From: an uncultured bacterium
GTDB taxonomy: Bacteria; Krumholzibacteriota; Krumholzibacteriia; WVZY01; JAKEHA01
Length of the DNA: 64,000 nucleotides
Direction: 5' to 3'
Assembly: GCA_964560355.1 (NCBI GenBank)
Contig: CAZLLI010000003.1
Coordinates: forward strand, 2,711 to 66,710
The notes under the pieces were generated by a model. It searched no databases. It was given only the letters and a program-made list of their open reading frames with translations, and was not told the DNA's origin. Position numbers and translations under genes: made by a program. Shown piece after piece: positions 31,357-42,286 of the stretch (position 1 is its first letter; each line of letters begins with the position of its first letter).

Positions 31357-33699
31357 TTAGCCGTAGAGAATCTCGGCCAAGCGGCCGGCGTGGACGGAGC
31401 GCAACTCGTCGTTAGTAGTCGTAAACGAACCGGCCGTGGTGCTGACGCGCAACTCGGGTGCTTCTGCGGTGCGGCCGATCTCGAGAAACGGGACCGAGTG
31501 CTGTTTTAGTACGGCCGCACATTCCTCCCAACTCGCGTCACTCACTTCAACCACGATACCACCCATCTCCGAGAAGCACTTCGCGGCCGACGCGTCGCCC
31601 AACTCCAGCTTCGCGCCGACTTCGAAGGGCGCACTCGCGATCGCCATCTCCGCGACGGTGACGAGCAACCCGCCCAGAGCCACGTCGTGCGCGGCGAGAA
31701 CTAGGCGCTTCGAGAAACCGGCGACCAACGCCTGCACGAGCGCCTTCTCGAATCCGAAATCCGGCTGGGGCGCTCTTGCGTGACCGTGATTGCCGAACAA
31801 GCGCTCGTATTCGGACCCGCCCAAGTCGTCGTGCAGCCTTCCAAGCAGCACGAGACGCGAACCCACCTGCTTGAGTGCGAAACCGCGCGCGCGCGACGCG
31901 TCGTCCAGGCGCGCGGCACACGCGACGATGGGCGTGGGCGCGATGGCGCTTCCCTTTTCGCTCTGGTTGTACAAAGACACGTTGCCCGAGATCACGGGGA
32001 GCGGTGAGTTGTCGCCGAAGAGCGTCAGCGCGCGGCACGCGTCGCCGATCCCGCGCACGCTCTCCACGAACTCGTGGAACACGCCGGGGTCTTCGGGGTC
32101 GCCGAAGTTCAAGCAATCGGTGATGCAAAGCGGAAGCGCACCGACGCACGCGGCGTTGCGCGTCGCTTCGAACACCGACCACGCCCCGCCCGCGTAGGGA
32201 TCGATCAGGCCGATGCGCGAGTGGCTCCCGATCGACGCCACCAGCGCGACGCTGGCGCCGGGCACGAACATCTCGACCGACGCGTCGGCTTCGCCGGGGC
32301 GCAGCACGGCGTGGCCTTGCACTTCGCAGTCGTAGTGTTGATAAATCGCCGCCTTGTCAGAGATGTTGACCGATCCCAGGAGTGCGAGTAACGACTCTCG
32401 GAGGTCGGTCTTCGCCGCGGAGACGGGAAGCGCGAGCTGGCGCTCGCGTTTCTTCTGCTCGCGTCTATACGCAATTCCGGACGTGATCACATCCATGGCC
32501 GCGTCACAGACGACGCGACCTCCGTGAGTAATCTGAAAACGACCGTCGGTGGTTACACGACCGATGACCGTCGCTCCCGCTCCGGTATACAGGTGCGGCA
32601 TCTCGAACTTCTCGTTGAAAATGCGGACGATTTCCTTCGACACGCGCGTGGGAACCGCGATGGCGAAGCGCTCCTGCGTCTCCGAGCACGCGATCACTTC
32701 GGGCAGCAGATTCGCAAACGCCTTGTTGACCTTGTCCAAGTCGATCTTGGCGCCGAAGCCGCTCGCCTCCGGCATCTCGGAGAACGCGCACGAGATGCCG
32801 CCCGCACCCAAGTCCTTGAAGCCGATCGGCACCTTGTGGTCGCGCGCGAACTTGAGCATGTCCTTGATCGCTTCCGCGAGCACGCGCTTCACGAACGGAT
32901 CCGGCACTTGCACCGCGCCCTGTTTTTCCGTCGCCGCGCTGCCGTCCAAGCGCTCCGACGCGAACGCCGCTCCGCCGAACCCGCTCGCGTCGGTGGGCTT
33001 GCCGACCAAAATCAAATCATAGGGGACGTGCTTCGCTTCCTCTGGAACGCGGCTGCGAATGATGCCGCCCTCCTCCACGATGCCGAGGGCGACCACGTTG
33101 ACCAGGCAGTTGTCGTCGAAGGAGGCGTCGAAGAACGCCTCGCCGCCGTACGTGGGAACACCGAGCGCGTTGCCGTACTGCGCGATGCCGTCGACGACGC
33201 CGAGCGCGATGTCGCGCACGCGCGCCGCGTTGGGTCCGTCGGGGTCGCCGAAGCGCAGCGGGTCCATGACGCCGATCACGTCCGCACCCATGCAGTACAC
33301 GTCGCGCACGATGCCGCCGATTCCGGTGGCGGCTCCTTCGACCGGGAGCACTTGCGACGGGTGGTTGTGGCTCTCGTGCGCCATCACCAGGCAGTAGCTT
33401 TTTCCGCCCACTTCGCAAAAGCGAATGATGCCGGCGTCTTCGCCGGGGCCCAATACGACGTGCGGCGCCTGCGTCGGTAAATATTCTTTGAGCACCCAGC
33501 GCGAGGACTTGTAGGAGCAGTGCTCGCTCCACATGACGTTGAAAATGTGGAGCTCGACGATGGTGGGACGGCGTCCGAGCAGCTCGCACACGCGCGCGTA
33601 CTCGCCGGTCGTGAGCGACACGCCGTTCTTCTTCAAAAAGTCTTTGGCCCCGCCCGCGTCCGTCGGTTCGACGGGGACGAGGTCCTTGGGGTCTATCAT
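31357..33699 (-). CDS. purL: Phosphoribosylformylglycinamidine synthase subunit PurL (small-type FGAM synthase II)
   Basis: Trimmed to the ATG at 33699 (MIDPKDLVPVEPT…EHCSYKSS…). The 32-aa R-rich extension on the listed ORF is not conserved. Confidence 0.9.
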   Translation of the reverse strand: MIDPKDLVPVEPTDAGGAKDFLKKNGVSLTTGEYARVCELLGRRPTIVELHIFNVMWSEHCSYKSSRWVLKEYLPTQAPHVVLGPGEDAGIIRFCEVGGKSYCLVMAHESHNHPSQVLPVEGAATGIGGIVRDVYCMGADVIGVMDPLRFGDPDGPNAARVRDIALGVVDGIAQYGNALGVPTYGGEAFFDASFDDNCLVNVVALGIVEEGGIIRSRVPEEAKHVPYDLILVGKPTDASGFGGAAFASERLDGSAATEKQGAVQVPDPFVKRVLAEAIKDMLKFARDHKVPIGFKDLGAGGISCAFSEMPEASGFGAKIDLDKVNKAFANLLPEVIACSETQERFAIAVPTRVSKEIVRIFNEKFEMPHLYTGAGATVIGRVTTDGRFQITHGGRVVCDAAMDVITSGIAYRREQKKRERQLALPVSAAKTDLRESLLALLGSVNISDKAAIYQHYDCEVQGHAVLRPGEADASVEMFVPGASVALVASIGSHSRIGLIDPYAGGAWSVFEATRNAACVGALPLCITDCLNFGDPEDPGVFHEFVESVRGIGDACRALTLFGDNSPLPVISGNVSLYNQSEKGSAIAPTPIVACAARLDDASRARGFALKQVGSRLVLLGRLHDDLGGSEYERLFGNHGHARAPQPDFGFEKALVQALVAGFSKRLVLAAHDVALGGLLVTVAEMAIASAPFEVGAKLELGDASAAKCFSEMGGIVVEVSDASWEECAAVLKQHSVPFLEIGRTAEAPELRVSTTAGSFTTTNDELRSVHAGRLAEILYG

Positions 33700-33993
33700 T
33701 CGAGGGGTCCGTCGGAAAAGAAATGAACGCCGTGCTCGAGCACGACGTCTGCCGGGACTATAGCGAACGCGGGCGCCGCTGGCAAGCGCGGCCACGCCGG
33801 GGCGCCGGGACGCCGCGTTCGCGTGCCATAATGACCGGACAGTACCCGAACCATACGGCTTCGGCGCCGGGCGAACGCATCCCCGGTCGAGGCACCCGCC
33901 AGAAAGCGTGGCGGCGGGGGTCTACGTCGCGCGCGTGACGTCGGGAGGATTCGAGAGTGCGCGCAAGATGGTGCTCGTGCAGTGAGGAAGAGT

Positions 33994-34021
33994 GCGGGCG
34001 GGACGACGCCGTCCCGCCCGC
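33994..34021. terminator. Strong GC hairpin (GCGGGCGGGACG-acgc-CGTCCCGCCCGC) immediately 3' of gene 34029..34592
   Basis: Perfect 12-bp inverted repeat, 7 nt after the stop codon. Confidence 0.45.
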
Positions 34022-34028
34022 TGCAACG

Positions 34029-34592
34029 CTACATCTTCGGCCACATCGATCCGAACACGCCGCCCGTGAACAGCGCGTACAGCAATCCGTCGAAGGTCTG
34101 CTTGATGGTGGTGCTGGGCGTTCGGTAATACCAGATCGCGTCCTGCCACAGCGCGAGCGCGTAGCCCGCGAACGCGACCGTACCCGTGAAGCGGAACACC
34201 TGCAGGTAGTCGGTCCCCGGCGGCAGCGCGCGCGACGCGACGTAACCCGCGAACACGCTCACGACCACGCAGTACACGAACCACATGCTCAGGCCCTTCC
34301 CCATCTTGAACTGCCCGTTGGGCAGCACCGTCATCATGAACACCGGGCCCTTGTTGAGCTTGTCGATGAACGCCGGCTCCTTCATCTGCTTCATGTTGTC
34401 GCAGCGCGGCACCATATATTCGCCCGCCGCGATATTGAACTTGCGCAGCGCGTCCATCACCGCGTCTTCGTTCGGCATTTTCTTGAAGTCGTCCTTGTGA
34501 TACTTGAAGAGCATGTGGACGAGCCAACTCAAGAAGAACACCACCACGGCGGACACCAGAATCGGGAGCCAGAGTGACGTCAGGGTGACCAT
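34029..34592 (-). CDS. Hypothetical 4-TM membrane protein with a Lys-rich loop
   Basis: 187 aa, hydrophobic segments; GC somewhat lower (~60%); followed by a strong terminator. Confidence 0.5.
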   Translation of the reverse strand: MVTLTSLWLPILVSAVVVFFLSWLVHMLFKYHKDDFKKMPNEDAVMDALRKFNIAAGEYMVPRCDNMKQMKEPAFIDKLNKGPVFMMTVLPNGQFKMGKGLSMWFVYCVVVSVFAGYVASRALPPGTDYLQVFRFTGTVAFAGYALALWQDAIWYYRTPSTTIKQTFDGLLYALFTGGVFGSMWPKM

Positions 34593-34640
34593 TGCGACCT
34601 CCTATCGACTGGGGGTTTGTCGAATCACGGGTTCACGAAT

Positions 34641-35267
34641 TTACTTCTTCTGCAAACTCGCAACGGTGTCGAGAATCGCTTTGCTGTCTTCCGCGGCGTT
34701 GACTTCGGTATTCTTGGCGGCGACCTTGCCGTCCTGGCCGATCACGAACGTCCAGCGCTTGATCGCGAGGGGGACGGTGAAGGGCTGCTCTTTGCCGTCG
34801 ATGCTGGCCGTGTACGAACCACCCTTGGTGGTCGGCACGCCGAAGAGCGCCGCGACCTTGCCGTCCGGGTCGGCGAGCAGCGCGAAGGTGAGACCCTTCT
34901 CCTTCTTGAACATCTGGTGTTCGGCGACGCTGTTGGCGCTCACGCCCACCACGTCGACGCCCTTCTCCTTGAGCGCGGTGAGGTCGTCGCGATAGCCGCA
35001 CGCCTGCTTGGTGCACCCGCCCGTCATGTCGGCAGGATAGAAGTACACCACCAGAATCCCCTTGCCGACGTGGTCCGCCGACTTCCACTCCTTGCCGGTG
35101 TCGTCGGTCGCGCTGAACACGGGCGCGGCGTCGCCGACTTTCAAGTCGACGGCCGGCTTGGCGGGCTCCGACGTGGCGCTCTGCGCGGCGGGCTTCTGTT
35201 CCGTCGGTGTTTGCGCGGTCGGGGTTTGGGCGAGCAAACTGGTCATGATGATCATCTCGAGTAGCAT
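34641..35267 (-). CDS. Periplasmic peroxiredoxin (Bcp/PrxQ-type thiol peroxidase, AhpC/TSA family)
   Basis: Signal/low-complexity N-terminus, then …PADMTGGCTKQACGYRDD…; GGAGGA SD. Confidence 0.8.
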   Translation of the reverse strand: MLLEMIIMTSLLAQTPTAQTPTEQKPAAQSATSEPAKPAVDLKVGDAAPVFSATDDTGKEWKSADHVGKGILVVYFYPADMTGGCTKQACGYRDDLTALKEKGVDVVGVSANSVAEHQMFKKEKGLTFALLADPDGKVAALFGVPTTKGGSYTASIDGKEQPFTVPLAIKRWTFVIGQDGKVAAKNTEVNAAEDSKAILDTVASLQKK

Positions 35268-35352
35268 GGGAACTCTCCTCCGATGAAATGGGCGTAGCGG
35301 GGATTCTAGCTCATTTCAACCATGCGGGGGTTTGATATTTCGACCGAGCGCT

Positions 35353-36642
<1,290 letters not shown>

Positions 36643-36654
36643 AGGAACGTCATT

Positions 36655-37866
36655 CTATATGTCCGACGGCCTCTCTTCCAGCGTCACCTTGACGTCGATC
36701 AGCTTGTCCTTGCGATTGACCTTCATCATCAGCACGTCGCCCACGCCGGAGCCGAAGATGACGCGGTTGGCTTGGTAGCGCGTCGCGAGCTGGGTGCCGT
36801 TGATGGCGATGATCTGGTCGCCGACCTTCAACCCCGCCTTGGCGGCCGGGCCGCCCTCTTCGATGCTCTGCACGAGCACGCCGGTCGCGGTGGGCAGGTT
36901 GAGCGCCGCCTGCGTCTCGGCGTCGATGTCGGTGGCGGACATGCCGAGCCACACGTCGCGCACGCGGCCGTACTTCACGATCTCCTCCATGACGCGCTTG
37001 GCGCGGTTGATAGGAATCGCGAAGCCCATGCCGACGTTGGCGCCGGTGTTCGCGGAGAAGATCAGCGTGTTGATGCCGATCACCTGTCCGCGCGAATTGA
37101 CCAGCGGGCCGCCGCTGTTGCCGGGGTTGATGGCGGCGTCGGTCTGGATCATGTCGTTGAAGATCTGCTGGCTCTCTTCGGTCTGCTTGATGTCGCGGTG
37201 GTTGGCGCTGATCACGCCCACCGTCACGGTAGGCTGGGTGTCGGCCAGGTTGAATCCGAACGGGCTCCCGATCGCGATGGCCCACTCGCCGATCAAGAGG
37301 TCGTCGGAGCTGCCGAGCGGCGCGGTCGGAAAATTGTCGCCCTCGAGCTTGATGAGCGCGAGGTCGTAGCTGGGCGCGCTCCCGACCAGCGACGCCGCGT
37401 AGGTCTTGCCGTCGGAGAGTGTCACCTGCAAGCGCTCGGCGTTCTGGATCACGTGATAGTTCGTGAACACGTAGCCGCGCTTGTCGACGATGACGCCGGA
37501 ACCGAGCTCGGCGCGCGGGATCACGCGCCCCGGGTAGTAGCGGTTGAAGAAGAAGTCGTACACCGGGCGCGTGCGGCTCGTGTACGACGCGGTGATGCTG
37601 ACCACCGCGGGGGCGACGTTCTCGGTCGCGACCACGATGGCGTTGCGGCGGTCGTCGTCGAGGCTGGCGGCACCCGTGTTCGACGCCGGGTACACCGTGT
37701 TCGACGCCCCGTTGGTTTGCAGGAGCGACTGCGCGCGCCCGTCGGTGTTGCGCTGCATGAGGACGACCGCGATCACCACCAGCGCGATGGACACGCCGGT
37801 CAGACCTCCGAACACGAAGGGGAGGAATCGAATCTTGCGCGGGAGTCCGTCGTTACCGTCGTACAT
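36655..37866 (-). CDS. HtrA/DegP-family periplasmic serine protease (trypsin-like + PDZ)
   Basis: TM/signal anchor; …GNSGGPL… catalytic Ser; C-terminal PDZ. Confidence 0.85.
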   Translation of the reverse strand: MYDGNDGLPRKIRFLPFVFGGLTGVSIALVVIAVVLMQRNTDGRAQSLLQTNGASNTVYPASNTGAASLDDDRRNAIVVATENVAPAVVSITASYTSRTRPVYDFFFNRYYPGRVIPRAELGSGVIVDKRGYVFTNYHVIQNAERLQVTLSDGKTYAASLVGSAPSYDLALIKLEGDNFPTAPLGSSDDLLIGEWAIAIGSPFGFNLADTQPTVTVGVISANHRDIKQTEESQQIFNDMIQTDAAINPGNSGGPLVNSRGQVIGINTLIFSANTGANVGMGFAIPINRAKRVMEEIVKYGRVRDVWLGMSATDIDAETQAALNLPTATGVLVQSIEEGGPAAKAGLKVGDQIIAINGTQLATRYQANRVIFGSGVGDVLMMKVNRKDKLIDVKVTLEERPSDI

Positions 37867-38524
37867 TCGTCTTGCGTCGCTCCATGACTTTCGCCCAGTC
37901 GCGGTTGAACAACTCGATGCCGATGTCGGTCAGCGGGTGTTTGAACAGCTGCTGGAAAATCTTGTACGGCATCGTCGACACGTCGGCGCCCAGGCGCGCC
38001 GCTTCCACCACGTGCATGGGGTGGCGAATGCTGGCCGCGAGCACTTGGGTCGAGAACGCGTAGCGTTCGTAGATGTCGACCAAATCCGCCACCACTTGCA
38101 TGCCGTCCATGCCGGCGTCGTCCAGGCGCCCGATGAACGGGCTGATGTAGGTCGCCCCCGCCTTGGCCGCGATCAACCCTTGGTTCGCGCTGAAGCACAG
38201 CGTGACGTTGGTCTTGATGTCGTCGGCGGAGAGCTGTTTGACCGCCTTCATGCCTTCGGGCGTCATCGGGATTTTCACGACGATGTGCTCGCTCAAGCGC
38301 GCGAACACGCGACCCTGGCGCACCATCTCGCCGCTCTCGTCGGCGACCACCTCGGCGCTCACGGGGCCGCCGACGATGTCGCAGATCTCCTTCAAGACCG
38401 CGTGGTAGTCGTCGCCGTCCTCTTTCGCCATGAGCGACGGGTTGGTGGTCACACCGTCCAGCACGCCGAGCGCGGCCGCCTCGCGGATCTCGTCGATGTT
38501 CGCCGTATCGAGAAAGAATTTCAT
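37853..38524 (-). CDS. Fructose-6-phosphate aldolase / transaldolase (small TalC/FSA type)
   Basis: MKFFLDTANIDEIREAAALGVLDGVTTNPSL… with a Schiff-base Lys in …IVVKIPMT…. Confidence 0.85.
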   Translation of the reverse strand: MKFFLDTANIDEIREAAALGVLDGVTTNPSLMAKEDGDDYHAVLKEICDIVGGPVSAEVVADESGEMVRQGRVFARLSEHIVVKIPMTPEGMKAVKQLSADDIKTNVTLCFSANQGLIAAKAGATYISPFIGRLDDAGMDGMQVVADLVDIYERYAFSTQVLAASIRHPMHVVEAARLGADVSTMPYKIFQQLFKHPLTDIGIELFNRDWAKVMERRKTNVRR

Positions 38525-38583
38525 GCCGGTCGGTCCTTTCGTCGGGTCTCCGCCACGGGGTTAGGCCCCCATAGTATCACGGC

Positions 38584-39342
38584 TTACCCGGGCCCGGAAG
38601 CTCCGGCGCCGGGTCCGTCGTAGCGGACGCGCACCAGCATGAGCCCGTGCGCGGCCGCGGTCGGACCGGCCTCCCGGCGGTCCTTTTTACGCAGCGCCTC
38701 GCCCACTCGTTCCGGCTCGATGCGCCCCCGCCCCACCTCCATCAGGGTTCCCGCCACCACCCGGACCATGTGATGGAGGAAGCGCGTCGCCTCCACCTCG
38801 ATCGTGACCTGGGCGCCGTCGCGCGCCACCGCGAGGTCGAGCACGCGGCACACCTTGGGTTTGTCGTTGCCGACGGGCGTGAAGCTGGTGAAGTCGTGCT
38901 CGCCGACGAGGTGCCGCGCCGCGGCCGACATGCGATCGACGTCGAGCGCGTGGTGCGAATGGAACGCGTAACGGCGGAAGAGTGCGGTCGGCGCTTCGGT
39001 GATGCGATAGAGATAGCGACGCGAGCGCGCGGAAAAGCGGGCGTGGAAGTCGTCGGGGGCGTCTTCGGCGCTCACCACCACCAGGTCGACGGGCAGGCAG
39101 CCGTTGAGCGCGAGCGAGAGCCGCGATGTCGCGAGGTCCGACTCGGTCCGAAAATTCGCGACGTATCCGCGCGCGTGGACTCCCGCGTCGGTGCGCGCGC
39201 ACCCGAACGTGTCCGCCGCGTGGCGGCACACGGTCTGGATCGCGGCCTCCAGGGTCCCTTGCACCGTGCGCTGGCCGGGCTGCTTCTGCCAGCCCTGGAA
39301 GTCGGTGCCGTCGTACTCGAGGTTGAGGCGAATGTTGCGCAT
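38584..39342 (-). CDS. truA: tRNA pseudouridine(38-40) synthase
   Basis: MRNIRLNLEYDGTDFQGWQKQPG…RTDAGVHA…. Confidence 0.9.
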   Translation of the reverse strand: MRNIRLNLEYDGTDFQGWQKQPGQRTVQGTLEAAIQTVCRHAADTFGCARTDAGVHARGYVANFRTESDLATSRLSLALNGCLPVDLVVVSAEDAPDDFHARFSARSRRYLYRITEAPTALFRRYAFHSHHALDVDRMSAAARHLVGEHDFTSFTPVGNDKPKVCRVLDLAVARDGAQVTIEVEATRFLHHMVRVVAGTLMEVGRGRIEPERVGEALRKKDRREAGPTAAAHGLMLVRVRYDGPGAGASGPG

Positions 39343-39345
39343 GCG

Positions 39346-40098
39346 TTATCGCGACGCGAGCCACACCACGACGCCGGTCGCGAGTAGGAGCAGGACGTCG
39401 GCGGGTCGAAGCCGGGGCGCGTCGATGGTGCGCACCAGGCGCTCGCGAATGCCGCGCAGCTCGACCGTCTTCGCGAGCTCGCCCGAGCGATGGATCGCCG
39501 ACACCAGGAGCGGCACCATCCACGCGCGCGCGGTGTGCGCGCGCCGCCACGGCCCGCCCGCGAAGTCGCCGCCGCGAAATGCCTGCGCTACGCGGATGCG
39601 GTGGAACTCGTCGGCGCAAAGCGGCACGAAGCCCATCGACAGGAACACGGACAGCGCGACGTCGGTGGCGACGCGGCGCGAGACGCGGCGCAGGACGTCG
39701 TACGCGCCGCGCGCCATCGACTCGGGCGCGGCGCTGGCGAGAAACGCCGCCACCGCCGTCAGCATGACGGCGAGTCGGAGCGCGAAGAAGACCCCGCTCG
39801 CGAGGCCTTCGCGCGAGACGATGCGGCGGCCGGCGACCGCGACGAGCGCTTCGCCCGGCACCAGCACCGCGTTCAGGACCACGATCACGAGCGCGAACGG
39901 CAACACGCGCGCGAGCGTGCGCGACGTCGAGCGCGCGTTCCCCGTCGTCCACGCGTGCCACGCGCACGCGAACGCGAGCGCCGCCAGCATGGCGCGCGCG
40001 TCGCCGATGGTGACGAGCGACGCCGCCACCAGCGCGGCGCTCGCCACGAAGGCGGCGCGCGGGTCGCGGGGACGAAAGCGGGATGCGGCGTGGTCCAT
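39346..40098 (-). CDS. ecfT: ECF transporter transmembrane (T) component, CbiQ family
   Basis: C-terminal 250 aa of ORF 39346..41622 (MDHAASRF…); 5 TM helices; the conserved …ARG… C-terminal region. Confidence 0.6.
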   Translation of the reverse strand: MDHAASRFRPRDPRAAFVASAALVAASLVTIGDARAMLAALAFACAWHAWTTGNARSTSRTLARVLPFALVIVVLNAVLVPGEALVAVAGRRIVSREGLASGVFFALRLAVMLTAVAAFLASAAPESMARGAYDVLRRVSRRVATDVALSVFLSMGFVPLCADEFHRIRVAQAFRGGDFAGGPWRRAHTARAWMVPLLVSAIHRSGELAKTVELRGIRERLVRTIDAPRLRPADVLLLLATGVVVWLASR

Positions 40099-40185
40099 GC
40101 CCGGAGGATACCCGGCCCGTCGCGCCCGCACAACCGGCCGCCGCCTCCACATTGAACGTTGACACGCTGCGCCCGCGGTGGAAGC

Positions 40186-42180
40186 ATGGCGCCCATGACG
40201 ACACACCGGAGATTCGGGATGGTTCTCGGAACGGCATTCGCTCTCCTGTCCGCCGCGCACGCGCACGCCGCGAGCCGCTACGCGCCGCTCATGGCGTCGA
40301 CGGCGGGACAAGATTCGCTGCGCAACCTCGCCTTGTGGGAGGACCAGCGCGTGACCGGCGACGGCAAGATCTTCGACTACCTGAAGCAAGGCAGTCCGCT
40401 GGTGCGCCGGCGCGCGGCGGAGGCGCTGGGCCGCATGCAGGACCCGAGCGACGCCGCCGCTCTCATCCCGCTGCTCAAGGAGAAGAACGAAGACGTGCGC
40501 CGCGAAGTCATCTTCGCGCTGGGCCAGATCGGCAACCGCGACGCGGTGACGCCGCTCTCCACCGCGCGCGCGGGCTCGCTCCCCGACGACCTCGTGCTCA
40601 TCGCGGAGGCACTCGGCAAGCTCGGCGGCGACGAAGCCATCGTCGCGCTCGACGAGCTCCAGCGCGACTTCTCCACCCAAGTGCGCGCGAGCGCCGCGCT
40701 CGCGCTCTCGCGCCAGAAGGACCCCAACGCGGCCAACGCGCTCCTGCTCGCGGTCCACGACCCCGACCCCGCGGTGGTGTGGCGCGCGGTCTACGCGCTC
40801 GAGAAGCAGGAGCCGATGCCGCGCTCGTGCACCGCGGTGATGCCGTTCCTCGACCACAGCGACCCCTTGGTGCGCGCGTACGCGGCGCGTACGCTGGGCA
40901 AGCTCAATTGCAAGCAGGCCGGCCCCGGCATCGCGAAGCTGCTCGACGACGCCGACCTGCGCGTCGCCGTCAACGCCGCGCGCGCGCTCGGCGACTTGAA
41001 GGACAAGGACGCGGTGAAGTCGCTCGCGGCGGTGGTGACGGGCAACAAGTCGCACCAGGTGCGCGCGGCCGCCGCGGAGGCGCTCGGCAAGATCAAGGAG
41101 AAGGACGGCAAGGACGCGCTCGCGCAGGGCATCCTCGACCCCAGCACGATGGTGCGCCTGCAGTCGATCCACGCGCTCGCGGAAGTCCTCGGCGACAAGA
41201 GCGAGATGTTCTGCGACCAGATGCGCCGCGACGGCCAGCGCCTCGTGCGCGCGGAAGCAATTCGCAGCTACGGCGTCGCCAATTTGACCAAGCGCGCGGC
41301 GGAAATCGGCGAGATCGCGAAGGGCGACAAGGATCCCATGATGCGCGCGGCCGCGGTCGAAGCGCTGGGCCTCATGAAAGACGGCGTCGTGCTGCCGATG
41401 CTGCCGCCCGCGCTGCGCGACCCCGACTTCACCGTCGCCGCCACCGCCGCCACCGCGATCGGCGAGCAGAAGGACAAGACGGCGGTGCGCGCGCTCATGG
41501 ACGCCTACGGCGCGCACCAAGAGCGCGAATGGGTCGACGTCCAGCTCGAAGTGGTGCGCGTGCTCGGCGAGCTCGGCGCGGTCGAAGCGCAGCCGCTCCT
41601 CATGGAAGCAACCTCCCACCAAGACGTGCGCGTGCGCGTGGCCGCGGTCGACGCGCTCAAGAAGCTCGGCCTCACGGCACCCGAATTACCGTCGGAGCGC
41701 TCGCTCCACGAAGCGTCGTTCGACCGCACGCGCAAGAAAGCGCTGGCGCCGCCGTCGGGCGTGCGCCACGCCGTCATCTTGAACCGCTACGGCCCCATCG
41801 AGGTCGAGCTGTTCGGCGACGACGCCATCCAGACCGTCGCGAACTTCATCAACCTCGCGAAATCCGGCTTCTACAAGAAGCTCACGCTGCACCGCGTAGT
41901 GCCGAACTTCGTCGTGCAAGGCGGCGACCCGCGCGGCGACGGCTGGGGCGACGCCGGCTACACGGTGCCGGCCGAGGTCTCGCGCTACCACTACGACGAA
42001 GGCTATCTCGGGATCGCGGACAGCGGGAAGGACACCGGCAGCTGCCAGTGGTTCATCACCATGTCGCCGCAGCGCCACCTCGACGGGCGCTACACGATCT
42101 TCGGGCGGGTGACGAAGGGGATGGAGAACGTGTGGAAGATCGACCAGGGCGACCAGTTCGACGTGAAGATCTTGGACTGA
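40186..42180 (+). CDS. Secreted HEAT-repeat protein fused to a C-terminal cyclophilin-type peptidyl-prolyl cis-trans isomerase
   Basis: Start ATG 40186 (GGTGGA SD); signal peptide MVLGTAFALLSAAHAHA; many HEAT/PBS-lyase-like repeats (…VRRRAAEALG…, …VRAAAAEALG…); C-terminal …HRVVPNFVVQGGDP…QWFITMSP… cyclophilin signature. Confidence 0.65.
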   Translation: MAPMTTHRRFGMVLGTAFALLSAAHAHAASRYAPLMASTAGQDSLRNLALWEDQRVTGDGKIFDYLKQGSPLVRRRAAEALGRMQDPSDAAALIPLLKEKNEDVRREVIFALGQIGNRDAVTPLSTARAGSLPDDLVLIAEALGKLGGDEAIVALDELQRDFSTQVRASAALALSRQKDPNAANALLLAVHDPDPAVVWRAVYALEKQEPMPRSCTAVMPFLDHSDPLVRAYAARTLGKLNCKQAGPGIAKLLDDADLRVAVNAARALGDLKDKDAVKSLAAVVTGNKSHQVRAAAAEALGKIKEKDGKDALAQGILDPSTMVRLQSIHALAEVLGDKSEMFCDQMRRDGQRLVRAEAIRSYGVANLTKRAAEIGEIAKGDKDPMMRAAAVEALGLMKDGVVLPMLPPALRDPDFTVAATAATAIGEQKDKTAVRALMDAYGAHQEREWVDVQLEVVRVLGELGAVEAQPLLMEATSHQDVRVRVAAVDALKKLGLTAPELPSERSLHEASFDRTRKKALAPPSGVRHAVILNRYGPIEVELFGDDAIQTVANFINLAKSGFYKKLTLHRVVPNFVVQGGDPRGDGWGDAGYTVPAEVSRYHYDEGYLGIADSGKDTGSCQWFITMSPQRHLDGRYTIFGRVTKGMENVWKIDQGDQFDVKILD

Positions 42181-42286
42181 ACGGCGAGCGTCGAGGGTTC
42201 CCGAAGCGAACTTCCGCAGCGCGATACCAAATGTCTCGCGCGAGGACCTGAGAGCGGAGGGAAGCCTCGACGCTCGCCGTTCGCCT

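Noticed and set aside
33700-33993. ZTP (pfl) or purine riboswitch in the purL leader
   Set aside because: I could not find the conserved GGGUCGUGAC / CCGCCUGGGC-type cores by eye. Kept only as a generic structured-leader finding pending an Rfam scan.
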